Positions 28,357 to 38,206 of a DNA stretch of 64,000 bases are shown piece after piece (the first letter of the stretch is position 1; each line of letters starts with the position of its first letter). The position numbers were made by a program, and so were the translations under genes. The notes below the pieces were generated by a model. It did not search any database. It saw only the letters and a program-made list of their open reading frames with translations, and was not told the DNA's origin. This DNA comes from an uncultured delta proteobacterium. GTDB lineage: Bacteria > Myxococcota > Myxococcia > Myxococcales > 40CM-4-68-19. The stretch spans positions 124,001 to 188,000 of the forward strand of contig CAIWCD010000014.1 of assembly GCA_903911145.1 (NCBI GenBank), read 5' to 3'.

Positions 28357-30231
28357 TTACTTTCCTCTCGAAGTTGAGTCGTGCGGGCGAACCTTGCGCG
28401 CCCAGCCGCGTGCGGTGTGCTGCATGCGGCCCACCAGAGATTTCGCGAGATGCTTTGCGACGAGCAGGCGCGAGCCCATCCCGCCGAGGGTGCGAACGCC
28501 CTCTTTGCCGAGCTTGCCGGAGAGATACTGCTCGCGCGTTTTGCGCCGCTGCAGCTTGCCAGACGAGGTCTTCGGCAGCGCGCCCGGCTGGACGAGCTTC
28601 ACGTCGGCGACAGCGAGCTGCAGCTCTTCATTCACGCGCGCCTTGATCGCGGCGATGAGTGCGTCGGCGCGCTCTGCGATCTCGCGCGATTCGAGCGCGA
28701 CGACCACTTCTTCGCTCGACGGACCGGGGCGCGAGAAGACGACCGCAGAGCCCTTGCGCACGCCCGGAACTTCCTCGACGCACCACTCGATCCGCTGAGG
28801 ATAGTAGTTGCGTCCATTGATGATGAGGATGTCCTTGAGTCGGCCAGAGACGTAGCACTGGCCATCGGCGATGTAGCCGAGATCTCCGGTGCGCAGCCAG
28901 CCGTCACCGTCGGGGCCCATGCCTGCGCGCTTCGACGCTTCGGGATCGTTGTAGTAGCCGGCCGCGACGCTCTCTCCGCGGAAGCAGATCTCGCCGACGC
29001 TGCGTTCGCCGAGAACTGCGCCTTGCTCATCAATGATGCGCAGCTCGTGTCCCGGAAACGTGCGGCCACACGAAACGACTTCGAGCAGCTCGGTCTTCTT
29101 CTCGGTGCGTTTCGCGAGGCGATCGCCGTGATACGCGCCCGCATCGATCGCGTCGGTGGAGAGCGTCTCGTCGAGACCAATGAAGGCCATCGCGAGCGTC
29201 GCCTCGGCCATTCCGTAGGCGGGGAGCATCGCGGTGGGCTTGAGTCCCGTGGGCGCAAACGTCTCGACGAACGCGCGCACCGTGTGCGGATTGATCGGCT
29301 CCGCGCCGCAGCCGAAGACGCGCATCTGCGAGAGATCCCACGACGCAATCTGCTCGGGCTTCGCTCGCTTGTTGACGAGCGCGTAGGCGAAGTTCGGCGC
29401 GAACGAGATGGTGCCCTTGTGCTTGCTGATCGTCGCGGGCCAGAGCGTCGCGTTCTTCACGAAGGAAAGCGTCGGGATGAACACGACAGAGACTGTCGCC
29501 GTGATCGGCGCGAGCACGAATCCGATCAGTCCCATGTCGTGATACAGCGGCAGCCAGCTGACGCCCTTGTCGATGCTCGGATCCGCGCGCAGCCCGTCCC
29601 GGATAATCGCCTTGCAGTTGGCCGCGAGGCTCTTGCGCGTGACCATCACGCCCTTGGGCAGCGACGTCGAACCCGAGGTGAACTGCAGGAACGCGAGCTC
29701 CTCGGGAGCGACGGCGGCCTTCGTCTGCGCGAGCGGCGCGACGCCGTCGGGGATCGGCTTGCCCAATTGCTTATCAAGGACAAGTTTCTCCAGCGACGGC
29801 ACCTTGCCCATCGCGCCCCAGAGCAGCTGCTCGACCTTCTCGCCCGCGACCAGCACGCGCGGCTTGGCGACGTTCAAGATGGTGACAAGACCTTCCATGA
29901 ACGCGTCGAGCTTGCCGAGCGACAGAGGAGGGTAGAGCGGCACCGGAACCATCCCGGCCCACATCGCGGCGAGGAACGTCGGCACGAACTGCTCGCCGTC
30001 CGGCACCACCAGCGCGACGCGATCGCCCTTCGAAAGCCCGAGCGCCTTCAAGTGATGCGCGCGCTTCTGGATCTCTGCGCGCAGCGCGTGGAACGAGAGG
30101 AAGAGATCGCTGTTCGCGTCGCCCGCCCCGACAAACGTGAAGCCGCGCTCGTGCAGTCCTTCGCAAGCGTCGAGCGCGTCGATGACGTCCACCGACGCGT
30201 GCGTGCGCTGTCCGTCAGGCGCGTCGCTCAT
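28357..30231 (-). CDS. Fatty acyl-AMP ligase (FAAL)
   Basis: FLQFTSGSTSLPKGV, SWLPLYHDMGL, APNFAY, YGMAEATL, RTGDLG, GRNYYP, PKTSSGK. Confidence 0.93.
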   Translation of the reverse strand: MSDAPDGQRTHASVDVIDALDACEGLHERGFTFVGAGDANSDLFLSFHALRAEIQKRAHHLKALGLSKGDRVALVVPDGEQFVPTFLAAMWAGMVPVPLYPPLSLGKLDAFMEGLVTILNVAKPRVLVAGEKVEQLLWGAMGKVPSLEKLVLDKQLGKPIPDGVAPLAQTKAAVAPEELAFLQFTSGSTSLPKGVMVTRKSLAANCKAIIRDGLRADPSIDKGVSWLPLYHDMGLIGFVLAPITATVSVVFIPTLSFVKNATLWPATISKHKGTISFAPNFAYALVNKRAKPEQIASWDLSQMRVFGCGAEPINPHTVRAFVETFAPTGLKPTAMLPAYGMAEATLAMAFIGLDETLSTDAIDAGAYHGDRLAKRTEKKTELLEVVSCGRTFPGHELRIIDEQGAVLGERSVGEICFRGESVAAGYYNDPEASKRAGMGPDGDGWLRTGDLGYIADGQCYVSGRLKDILIINGRNYYPQRIEWCVEEVPGVRKGSAVVFSRPGPSSEEVVVALESREIAERADALIAAIKARVNEELQLAVADVKLVQPGALPKTSSGKLQRRKTREQYLSGKLGKEGVRTLGGMGSRLLVAKHLAKSLVGRMQHTARGWARKVRPHDSTSRGK

Positions 30232-30362
30232 GCGAAACCTCCACCAAGGCCGAAAAGGGGCACGTCGATAGCTGCCCGATGAAGACTCGTCAAGCGTGCG
30301 ATTGTCGGGAAAGAGGCACTCTGCTAGGCGTCGCCGCGCAACGAGACGAGAGGAGCGCCCCG

Positions 30363-31349
30363 ATGGCCGCAGGCACTGTCCGCACCGGCAAAGAGCTGAT
30401 CGACGCCACCCGACCGTTCGCGCAGGAGAACCTCTTGCGCTCGTGGTGGGCGCTGGGCAGCACCTTCGCGCTCATCTTCGCTGGCGTGTTCGCGCTCGCG
30501 CAGCCGCTCCCCTGGCCGATTCGGCTCGCTCTCGCCGTCGTTCAGTCGCTCCTCGTGGTGCGCGGATTCGTCCTCTATCACGACCATGTGCACACAGCTC
30601 TTCTGCGCGGCTCTCCTCTGGCGCGCGCGATCTTCTGGTCGTTCGGTGTCTGGGTGATGGCGCCGCCCAACGTCTGGCGCGAGACGCACAACTACCATCA
30701 CGCTCACAACGCGAAGATCGTCGGTTCGCACATCGGCTCGTATCCGGTGCAGACGGTCCAATGGTGGAAGAGCGCGACTGCGAATGAGCGCCGCCTCTAC
30801 GCCTTTATTCGCCATCCGCTGACGATCCTCTTCGCCTATTTCACGGCATTCCTCCTCGATATGTGCGTGCTCGCGTTTCTGCGCGGCAAGAAGAAGCGCT
30901 GGGATTCGCTCTTCGCGATCGTTCTCTTTGCCGCGCTCGCCACCGTTGTGATCGGTCGCTTTGGATTCGCCGTCTGGGCCTGGGCGATCTTCCTGCCGCA
31001 CTTCATCGCCGCCATGCTCGGCGCTTATCTTTTCTATGCGCAGCACAACTATCCCGGCGTCCTGCTGCAGCCGCGCGAACTCTGGGCCTACGACCGTGCC
31101 GCGCTCGAGTCGTCGAGCTTCATGGAGATGGGGCCGGTGATGAACTACTTCACCGGGAACATCGGATATCACCATATCCACCATTTGAATCCCGGTATCC
31201 CGTACTATCGGTTGCCTGAAGCGATGGCCGCGATCCGCGAGCTGCAGTCGCCGGGCCGCACCAGCCTTTCGCCGAGTGGAATTCGCGCCTGTCTCGCGCT
31301 CAAACTCTGGGATCCGGACGCCGGCGAGATGGTCGGATATCCCGCGTAG
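30363..31349 (+). CDS. Membrane fatty acid desaturase
   Basis: His boxes HDHVH, HNYHH, QHN, HHIHH..IPYY.L; TM segments; AGGAG RBS. Confidence 0.92.
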   Translation: MAAGTVRTGKELIDATRPFAQENLLRSWWALGSTFALIFAGVFALAQPLPWPIRLALAVVQSLLVVRGFVLYHDHVHTALLRGSPLARAIFWSFGVWVMAPPNVWRETHNYHHAHNAKIVGSHIGSYPVQTVQWWKSATANERRLYAFIRHPLTILFAYFTAFLLDMCVLAFLRGKKKRWDSLFAIVLFAALATVVIGRFGFAVWAWAIFLPHFIAAMLGAYLFYAQHNYPGVLLQPRELWAYDRAALESSSFMEMGPVMNYFTGNIGYHHIHHLNPGIPYYRLPEAMAAIRELQSPGRTSLSPSGIRACLALKLWDPDAGEMVGYPA

Positions 31350-31375
31350 CGAGATATCAACAAACCATCAAGCAA

Positions 31376-32068
31376 CTATCGCGGCGATCTCAGGCTTCGC
31401 GCCCTCGGAAGGATCACCGCGAGGATCATTCCCGCGAGAAATCCGCCGACGTGGGCCCACCAGGCGACGCCGCCATTCAAGTCACGGCCCATCGAAAGCA
31501 GGCCGCTGCCGAACTGGGCGAGAAACCAGACCGCGAGGAAGACGACCGCGGGGATCTCGACGATCCACGGGAGGAAGAAGATGGGGATGAACGTCATGAT
31601 GCGGGCGCGCGGGAACGAGACGAGATAGGCACCGAGCACTCCCGCGATCGCGCCGCTCGCGCCGATCGTCGGCACCGGCGAGGCGGGATCGAAGAGGCAT
31701 TGCAGGAGGCCCGCGGCGATTCCGCAGAGCAGATAGAAGGCGAAGAAGCGCACGTGCCCGAGGCGATCCTCGACGTTGTCGCCGAAGACCCAGAGGTAGA
31801 GCAGGTTGCCCAAGAGGTGCAGCCAGCCGCCGTGCAGGAACATGCAGGTGACGAGCGGCAACAGGCGCCAGAGGCTCAATGGCGAGCCGCCGATCGCGAC
31901 CCACTGCATGAAGCGCTCTGGCACGAGGCCGTACGCGAAGAGGATCTTCTCGAGGAACGCGGGGCTTGCGCTCAGCTCCCGCGTGAAGACGAGCAGGTTG
32001 GCCGCGATCAGCGTGACCGTCGCGATCGGAAAGCTGCGGGAGCGGACAGTGTCGCGCAGTGGGATCAA
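31376..32068 (-). CDS. Rhomboid intramembrane serine protease
   Basis: MIPLRD, MFLHGGWLHLLGN, GASGAIAG, AWWAHVGGF. Confidence 0.95.
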   Translation of the reverse strand: MIPLRDTVRSRSFPIATVTLIAANLLVFTRELSASPAFLEKILFAYGLVPERFMQWVAIGGSPLSLWRLLPLVTCMFLHGGWLHLLGNLLYLWVFGDNVEDRLGHVRFFAFYLLCGIAAGLLQCLFDPASPVPTIGASGAIAGVLGAYLVSFPRARIMTFIPIFFLPWIVEIPAVVFLAVWFLAQFGSGLLSMGRDLNGGVAWWAHVGGFLAGMILAVILPRARSLRSPR

Positions 32069-32086
32069 GGTGCGTCCCTTTCCTGC

Positions 32087-34798
32087 CTACGTCCCGATGC
32101 GCAGCAGTTGAACGAGGCGCGCTCCATCGGGAATGGGCTGCGAGAGATCGATCTCGCACTCGATCACCCACTCGTCGGCCTCGGTTGTATCTGCGGCCTC
32201 CGCGCCCTCGAGCGCAGCCTTCTCCTCGAGTGTCTGCGCGCGCTGCGGCGCGAGCAGCTTCTGCGAGACGCGGAAGCGCTTCTCGCCATCGGGATGAATC
32301 ACCGTGCGATCAGGTCTGCGCGCGCGCGGTGTGACGTCGAGCGCACCGAGCGCCGCGAGGGCCGGGGCAAGCTCTGCCTCAAGCTTCTCGGCGGTCCAGC
32401 TCTCCTGCGCGGCGATCGTTGGTGTTCCAATTATTGGTGTACCAATATTCGGTGTACCAATCATCTCGGCGTCGCTCGCTCCCGCTGCATCTGCACCGCG
32501 CAGCGACTCCGACGCGCCCGCATAGTCCTTCCTCGCAAGCGCGAGCAGCAGTCGGTGCATCTCCGCGCGCGCACGGGCCGCGAGCTTGCGCGGATCGCGC
32601 AGCAGTTCCTCGCGCGCATCGACGTTGCGCGGACGCGCCGCCATCTCCTGCATCTCGCGCAGCCGCTTCGCCTTCTCGAGCGCACTCGCGGCCGGATCGC
32701 GCAGCGCCTCCCACTCGTCGAGCAGGCTCGAATCCACCGCGCGCACCGTCTCGCGCAGATATGTGAGCGCATCCTCGACGCGCTCGTCGCGATATTTCTC
32801 CGGGACGCTCTGCGCGAGCGCGCGATAGGCGTCACCGAGATAGCGCAGCACCGTGCCCTCGCTGCGCTGCAGGCTGTAGTCGCGCACGTACTCCGCGAAC
32901 GTCGCGCAGTTCTCGTAGAGCTCGCGCGCGACACTCTTGGGCCGCACGTTCTCCTGGCCGACCCACGGGTGCTTGTCGGCGAAGATGTTGAACGAGCCGT
33001 AGATGAACTCGCGCAGCGGCTTGGGATGCTCGACCTTCTCGAGCTCCTCCATCCGCTCCGCGTACTCCATTCCCTGCGCCTTGAGCTCCGCGACCTTCAC
33101 GCCCTTCGCGCGGTCGCGCTGGGCGCGCAGCACCGGGATCGGCTCCTCGAGGATCGCCTCGACCAGCGTGATCAGATCGAGCGCGTAGCTTTCGCTCTCG
33201 GCGGCTACTTCGGGCAGTGCATCGAGCAGCCAGAGGCCGAGCGTGTGGTGCATCGAGAAGTCGCGCTGCAGCTCGCCCGCGATCTTCAAGTGCGGCGCGC
33301 GCCACTCGTTCCCGCGCACAAGTTCAATCAGCCCCGCCGCGCGCAGCCGCCGACAGGCCGCTGCCGCCGCGCGCAGATGAATGCGCCGCCGCGCTTCGCT
33401 CTCCTGCGCACGCAGCACCAACTGCACCAGCCGCGCATACCCTTGAGGCCCCGCCTGCTCGCGCGCGTTCGTCTGCGCCTCGGCCTGGAGGATCTGCAGA
33501 ATCATTCCGTGCGTCACCTGGAAGCGCGACTCGAGCTGCTCAGGCGACTTGCTCTGCAGCCGCTCGAACGTCGCGCGATCCCAATGCGCGTAGCCCTTGT
33601 CGGGAGGAAGCCGCTTCACGACCTTCTTTCCCTGCTGCTTCTTCTGCTCGAGCTTGAGGTTCTCGATCACATGCTCGGGCGCCTGCGCGACGACGGTGCC
33701 GCGATCGTCGAATCCCTTGCGGCCCGCGCGTCCGGCCACTTGCAGAAAGTCGCGCACCGAGAGGACGCCCGTCTTCTGTCCGTCGAATTTGCAGAGCTGC
33801 GTGAAGAGCACGGTGCGGATCGGGACGTTCACGCCGACGCCGAGCGTGTCGGTCCCACTGATGACTTTCAGCGCGCCCTGCTGCGCGAGTCGCTCCACGA
33901 GCAGTCGATAGCGCGGCAGAAGCCCTGCGTGGTGCAGCCCGATGCCGTGGGAGACGAGCTTCTGCAGCTCCTTTCCGAACGGCGTGTCGAACTTCGCTCC
34001 AAGCTCGAGCAGCTTCGCCTTGAGCGCCTTCTTCTCCTCCTTCGTCGAGAAGTCGGTCGACATCAGATTCTGCGCCTGCTCGGCGGCGGCGCGCTGCGAG
34101 AAGTTCACCAGATAGATCGGCGCGCGATTGCTCTCGATCAAGGTCTGGATCGTCTCGTGGAGCGGCGTCTCCGCGTACGAGAAATCGAGCGGCACCGGCC
34201 GCTGCACGCTCGCGATCCGAGCGACCTCACGGCTCGTCAACTCGGTGAGCGAACTCTCGATCACCGACGTGTCGCCGAGCGTCGCGCTCATGAGGAGAAA
34301 CTGCGTCTTCTCGAGGAGCAGCAGCGGCACCTGCCACGCCACGCCGCGCTCTCTGTCGGCGTAGTAGTGGAACTCGTCCATCACCACCGCATCGGGCGCT
34401 GCGCTCGAGTTGGTGAGCGCGCGGTTCATCAGAATCTCTGCGGTGCAGCAGAGGATCGGCGCGTCTGCGTTGATGCTCGCGTCGCCCGTGACCATCCCCA
34501 CGCGCTCGGCGCCGAACGTGTCGCAGAGCGCGAAGAACTTCTCGTTCACCAGCGCCTTGATCGGGCAGGTGTAGACACTGGTCTGGCCCCGCGCGAGCGC
34601 GAGGAAATGGAGAAACGTCGCCACCAGCGACTTCCCCGAACCCGTCGGTGTCGAGAGCACCACGTGCTTGTTCGAGAGCAACTCAAGCAGCGCCTCCTCC
34701 TGCGCCGGATAGAGCGAGAGCCCCTGCGCCGCGACAAAATCGGTAAAGCGCTGCAGCGCATCGTCGTCGGAGAGCCGTTCGCCAGGTGCCAGGAGCAT
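32087..34798 (-). CDS. Ski2-like DEAD/DEAH helicase with DUF3516-type C-terminus
   Basis: TPTGSGKS, MDEFHYY, MSAT, HHAGLLP, GTDTLGVGVNVP, QVAGRAGRKG, DSSLLDEWE; start approximate. Confidence 0.92.
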   Translation of the reverse strand: MLLAPGERLSDDDALQRFTDFVAAQGLSLYPAQEEALLELLSNKHVVLSTPTGSGKSLVATFLHFLALARGQTSVYTCPIKALVNEKFFALCDTFGAERVGMVTGDASINADAPILCCTAEILMNRALTNSSAAPDAVVMDEFHYYADRERGVAWQVPLLLLEKTQFLLMSATLGDTSVIESSLTELTSREVARIASVQRPVPLDFSYAETPLHETIQTLIESNRAPIYLVNFSQRAAAEQAQNLMSTDFSTKEEKKALKAKLLELGAKFDTPFGKELQKLVSHGIGLHHAGLLPRYRLLVERLAQQGALKVISGTDTLGVGVNVPIRTVLFTQLCKFDGQKTGVLSVRDFLQVAGRAGRKGFDDRGTVVAQAPEHVIENLKLEQKKQQGKKVVKRLPPDKGYAHWDRATFERLQSKSPEQLESRFQVTHGMILQILQAEAQTNAREQAGPQGYARLVQLVLRAQESEARRRIHLRAAAAACRRLRAAGLIELVRGNEWRAPHLKIAGELQRDFSMHHTLGLWLLDALPEVAAESESYALDLITLVEAILEEPIPVLRAQRDRAKGVKVAELKAQGMEYAERMEELEKVEHPKPLREFIYGSFNIFADKHPWVGQENVRPKSVARELYENCATFAEYVRDYSLQRSEGTVLRYLGDAYRALAQSVPEKYRDERVEDALTYLRETVRAVDSSLLDEWEALRDPAASALEKAKRLREMQEMAARPRNVDAREELLRDPRKLAARARAEMHRLLLALARKDYAGASESLRGADAAGASDAEMIGTPNIGTPIIGTPTIAAQESWTAEKLEAELAPALAALGALDVTPRARRPDRTVIHPDGEKRFRVSQKLLAPQRAQTLEEKAALEGAEAADTTEADEWVIECEIDLSQPIPDGARLVQLLRIGT
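32419..32463. repeat. Three tandem 15-bp AT-rich quasi-palindromic units inside the helicase gene
   Basis: TTGGTGTTCCAATTA / TTGGTGTACCAATAT / TCGGTGTACCAATCA; encodes (IGTPx)3 on the minus strand. Confidence 0.85.
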
Positions 34799-35157
34799 CG
34801 CCACATGATGCACGCAACAGAGACGCATCGCGCGCGCTTTTGATCGGCCCTCACTCTTCGGATCTTCGAGAGGAGTCCGCGAATCTCGAATCCACGTGAT
34901 GGCCGTTGGGGGGTGGCGGGGAGCGGCGGCGGACATTTCGCTCAGACCATCACGCTCCGGTTTCGCCTAGCACGCGCATCGGGTTTCGCCAGCGCCAAGG
35001 TCCGGGACCAAAAGGCGCGCCCCGCATGCGGAGAACCTTCGCTCGCTGGATGGACGCGCCTCCGCATGCTCCACGCCTCGACAGCCTCGCCGCGCCCCGA
35101 GACGGAGCAGAGCGTGTTCGCCACCGCTCCCCGCCACCCCTCAACGGCCCTCCCGCA

Positions 35158-35205
35158 CACTCAAGAGATTCGCGTATTGACACTCCACTCAAGATACGAT
35201 ATTCC
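35158..35205 (+). promoter_or_regulatory. Putative sigma70 promoter with flanking direct repeat
   Basis: TTGACA 35177-35182, 17-bp spacer, TATTCC 35200-35205; CACTCAAGA at 35158-35166 and 35186-35194. Confidence 0.55.
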
Positions 35206-35275
35206 AATCCACACACTGACGCGACGGCACTCAGTTGCGTCGCTGCAGTATCGAAAGCGGAGTGGCGAGGTGGGA

Positions 35276-35797
35276 ATGGCAGCGCGAACGCTCGATGAAT
35301 TCGACGAGCTCGAAGAGCGATATCCGCAGGGGCTCTCGGCGGGGCAGATCGTCGAGTTCTTCCTCCCGCGCGGCGTCAAGCTCGCACAGGCGACCTTCCG
35401 CAAATACGTCCAGCTCGGGCTCCTGCCGCGCTCGCGGCGCATCGGCGAGAAGGGCAAGCACAAGGGTTCGCGCGGGCTCTATCCCTCGAGCGCGGTGCGG
35501 CGCATCCACATCATCAAGTCGCTGATGGACGAGGGGATGACCCTCGAGGACATCCGCGGCTCGTTCATCTATTTTCGCGGACAGCTCGATGGCGTGGAGC
35601 GCTCGCTCGATGAGCTGCTCGCGGCCCTCGAGAAGAGCTTGGCCGAGCGCGCGGAGATGAAGCCGTCGCGCCGCAAGGAGCTCGAGAAGCTGTTGCTTGA
35701 ATGCCGTCACAAGGCGGCGCAGTTTGTGAAGGACATGGAGCGCACTGTCTCCGCGGTCACTGCGCGCGAAGAGTCTTCGACGCAGCGAGGTTCATGA
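35276..35797 (+). CDS. MerR-like HTH transcriptional regulator
   Basis: [37 protein letters not shown], then a coiled coil. Confidence 0.78.
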   Translation: MAARTLDEFDELEERYPQGLSAGQIVEFFLPRGVKLAQATFRKYVQLGLLPRSRRIGEKGKHKGSRGLYPSSAVRRIHIIKSLMDEGMTLEDIRGSFIYFRGQLDGVERSLDELLAALEKSLAERAEMKPSRRKELEKLLLECRHKAAQFVKDMERTVSAVTAREESSTQRGS

Positions 35798-36312
35798 CGA
35801 TGAACGAGCCCAAGCAGATCGAACCGGTCAGCGCCGACGGCACTGAGATGGACGCAGACGGACCGCGGCAGCGCGCGCGGACGATGAGCCGCAAGGAGAT
35901 GGCGCGGCAGTTCCGCCAGCAGAGCGCGCAGGGCGGTGTCGAGCCCGAGCTCAAGGCGCTGATGGTGGAGCTCGACGCGAGCCGTCCGAAGACGCGCGCC
36001 GATTGCGAGGGCGGGCAGCGACCGTGTCCGTACGTCTCGTGCAAGTACAACCTCTTCGTCGACGTCAACCCGCGCACGGGATCGGTGAAGCTGAACTTCC
36101 CCGACAAGGAGCTGTGGGAAGTGGGCGACACCTGCGCGCTCGACGTGGCCGATCGCGGAGGCATCACGCTCGAGGAGGTCGGGACGATCATGAACCTGAC
36201 GCGGGAGCGCGTGCGCCAGCTCGAGACGCGCGGCCTGCACGGGCTGCGCGTGATCGCGGATGACGGCCCGGGGCCGCTGCCGTCGAACGATCGGGATCTC
36301 GACGACGAGTAG
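35794..36312 (+). CDS. asgB: AsgB-like DNA-binding protein (Cys cluster plus sigma70 region-4 HTH)
   Basis: [50 protein letters not shown]; size and architecture fit Myxococcus AsgB as recalled, not searched. Confidence 0.7.
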   Translation: MTMNEPKQIEPVSADGTEMDADGPRQRARTMSRKEMARQFRQQSAQGGVEPELKALMVELDASRPKTRADCEGGQRPCPYVSCKYNLFVDVNPRTGSVKLNFPDKELWEVGDTCALDVADRGGITLEEVGTIMNLTRERVRQLETRGLHGLRVIADDGPGPLPSNDRDLDDE

Positions 36313-36323
36313 GTGAAGTCGTC

Positions 36324-36450
36324 GCGGGGCACGGAGCGTCGCTGGCCGTGCTCGAACATGCATCCGCGGCCGACGTAGAAGCGCGCTCCGATTGGACAGT
36401 GGAGAGGCCGCTGCTGAACTGCGCTCGGCCAGCGACGCTCCGCGCCCCGC
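36324..36450. repeat. 25-bp inverted repeat (24/25) with 77-bp spacer between asgB and purH
   Basis: GCGGGGCACGGAGCGTCGCTGGCCG (36324-36348) and CGGCCAGCGACGCTCCGCGCCCCGC (36426-36450). Confidence 0.85.
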
Positions 36451-36555
36451 TCCTGGTGCCCGAGCAAAAAGCACGCGGGCATCGGGATGCGCTCACGCGA
36501 ATGGCTCGCTCGAGGGCGACGCGGCCTTCGTTGCACTCGTGGTAGATCGCCGCGC

Positions 36556-38178
36556 ATGACCGTCTCGCGCGCGCTCCTTTCTGTCTCGGACAAGAACGGC
36601 CTCGTCGAGTTTGCCCGCGGCCTCTCGTCTCTCGGCATCGAACTGCTCTCCACCGGCGGCACACACGCGGCGCTTGCGCAAGCGGGCGTGCCTGTGCGTC
36701 AGGTCGCCGACTTCACCGGTGCACCCGAGATCCTCGGGGGCCGCGTCAAGACGCTCCATCCGAAGATTCACGGCGGCATCCTTGCGCGCCGCGACTTGCC
36801 GTCGGATCAGGCCGACATGGCGTCGCAGAATCTCGCGCCGATCGACCTCGTCATCGTGAACCTCTATCCCTTCCGCGAGGCGGTCGCGAAGGGGCTGCCG
36901 TTCGACGAGGTGATCGAGAACATCGATATCGGTGGACCATCGATGCTGCGCTCGGCGGCGAAGAACGCTGCCCACGTCGCGGTGGTCGTCGATCCGGCCG
37001 ACTATCGAATCGTTCTCGAGGAGCTGCGTGAAAACAGACAAGTGTCTGGTTCCACGCGCGCCCGTCTCCAGGCACGCGCGTTCGCGCACACGGCGGCCTA
37101 CGACGCGTCGATCGCGACCTACCTTTCCGAGCAGCAGGTGAAGGCAGCACAAGCGTCCGCGACGGCCACCAGTGCGGGCGAGAGCGCGACAGGCGGTTGG
37201 GCCGAGACGCCTGCGGTCGGCGAATTCAAGCTGCTTCAGCCGCTGCGGTACGGGGAGAATCCGCACCAGCAGGCAGCGTTCTACGCCGCGGTGCCGCAGC
37301 CGAAGGAGCCGACGCTCGCCGGCGCGCGCCAACTGCAAGGCAAGGAACTGTCGTTCAACAATCTCCTCGACGGGTCGGCTGCGCTCGAGGCGCTCAAAGA
37401 GCATGCGCGCGGACCCGACGCGAAGGCCGCGGTCGTGATCGTCAAGCACACCAATCCGTGCGGCGTGGCGTTATCGAATTCGTTGATCGACGCTTATCGA
37501 AACGCCCGCGACGCCGATCCCGTGAGCGCGTTCGGCGGCATCGTTGCGCTTAGCCACGCCGTCGATGCGGCGACGGCCGCGCTGATCGCCGAGACGTTCT
37601 TCGAGGTCGTGATCGCGCCGGGCTTCTCTGCTGAGGCGCGCGAGAAGCTGGCCGCGAAAAAGCAACTGCGCCTGCTTGAGCTTCCTCTTCTCGGTGAAGG
37701 GCGCGACGCCTGGGTGAGCGAGCCTCGCGAGCTGCGGACGATCCCAGGAGGGCTTCTGGTGCAGTCGCGCGATCTCGCGCAGGCCACCCCCGCGAACTGG
37801 CGCGTCGTCACGAAACGCGCGCCCAGTGCGGACGAGCTGCACGCGCTCTGCTTTGCGTGGAACGTCGTCAAGCACGTCAAGAGCAACGCCATCGTGCTTG
37901 CGTGCGCGGATGTGACGGCGGGCATCGGGATGGGGCAGACCAACCGTGTCGACTCGGTGCGGATCGCGGCACAGCGGGCGGGGGAGCGCGCGAAAGGCGC
38001 GGTGCTCGCGGGCGATGCGTTCTTCCCGTTCGCGGACGGCCTGATCGCAGCGGCCGAGGCGGGTGTCGTCGCTGTCGCGCAGCCGGGCGGCTCGGTGCGC
38101 GATGCCGAGGTGATCGCAGCGGCCGACGAGCGTGGTCTTGCGATGGTCTTCACTGGCGTGCGCCACTTCCGGCATTAG
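36556..38178 (+). CDS. purH: Bifunctional AICAR transformylase / IMP cyclohydrolase
   Basis: RALLSVSDK, GRVKTLHP, IDIGGP, LRYGENPHQ, KHTNPCG, KSNAI, QPGGSVRD, RHFRH. Confidence 0.98.
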   Translation: MTVSRALLSVSDKNGLVEFARGLSSLGIELLSTGGTHAALAQAGVPVRQVADFTGAPEILGGRVKTLHPKIHGGILARRDLPSDQADMASQNLAPIDLVIVNLYPFREAVAKGLPFDEVIENIDIGGPSMLRSAAKNAAHVAVVVDPADYRIVLEELRENRQVSGSTRARLQARAFAHTAAYDASIATYLSEQQVKAAQASATATSAGESATGGWAETPAVGEFKLLQPLRYGENPHQQAAFYAAVPQPKEPTLAGARQLQGKELSFNNLLDGSAALEALKEHARGPDAKAAVVIVKHTNPCGVALSNSLIDAYRNARDADPVSAFGGIVALSHAVDAATAALIAETFFEVVIAPGFSAEAREKLAAKKQLRLLELPLLGEGRDAWVSEPRELRTIPGGLLVQSRDLAQATPANWRVVTKRAPSADELHALCFAWNVVKHVKSNAIVLACADVTAGIGMGQTNRVDSVRIAAQRAGERAKGAVLAGDAFFPFADGLIAAAEAGVVAVAQPGGSVRDAEVIAAADERGLAMVFTGVRHFRH

Positions 38179-38206
38179 CCCTCTCTCGAACTCACCGGGT
38201 GCGCGC

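Noticed and set aside
32419..32463. CRISPR-like repeat array
   Set aside because: Units are 15 bp, directly adjacent, without spacers, and no cas genes are present
31451..34843. 1130-aa plus-strand ORF and other long antisense ORFs (3090-5510, 15205-17274, 28381-30282, 56985-59096)
   Set aside because: They mirror well-supported genes on the opposite strand, are Arg/Ala-rich with no motifs, and are the shadow frames expected at high GC
35024..35069. 10-bp inverted repeat GCATGCGGAG / CTCCGCATGC between helicase and MerR-like gene
   Set aside because: Real but short and GC-rich with no terminator or known RNA features; could be chance
36313..36555. ZMP/ZTP (pfl) riboswitch upstream of purH
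   Set aside because: Expected position, but I could not find the GACUGGCG and CGCCUGGGC consensus elements; only the inverted repeat is supported
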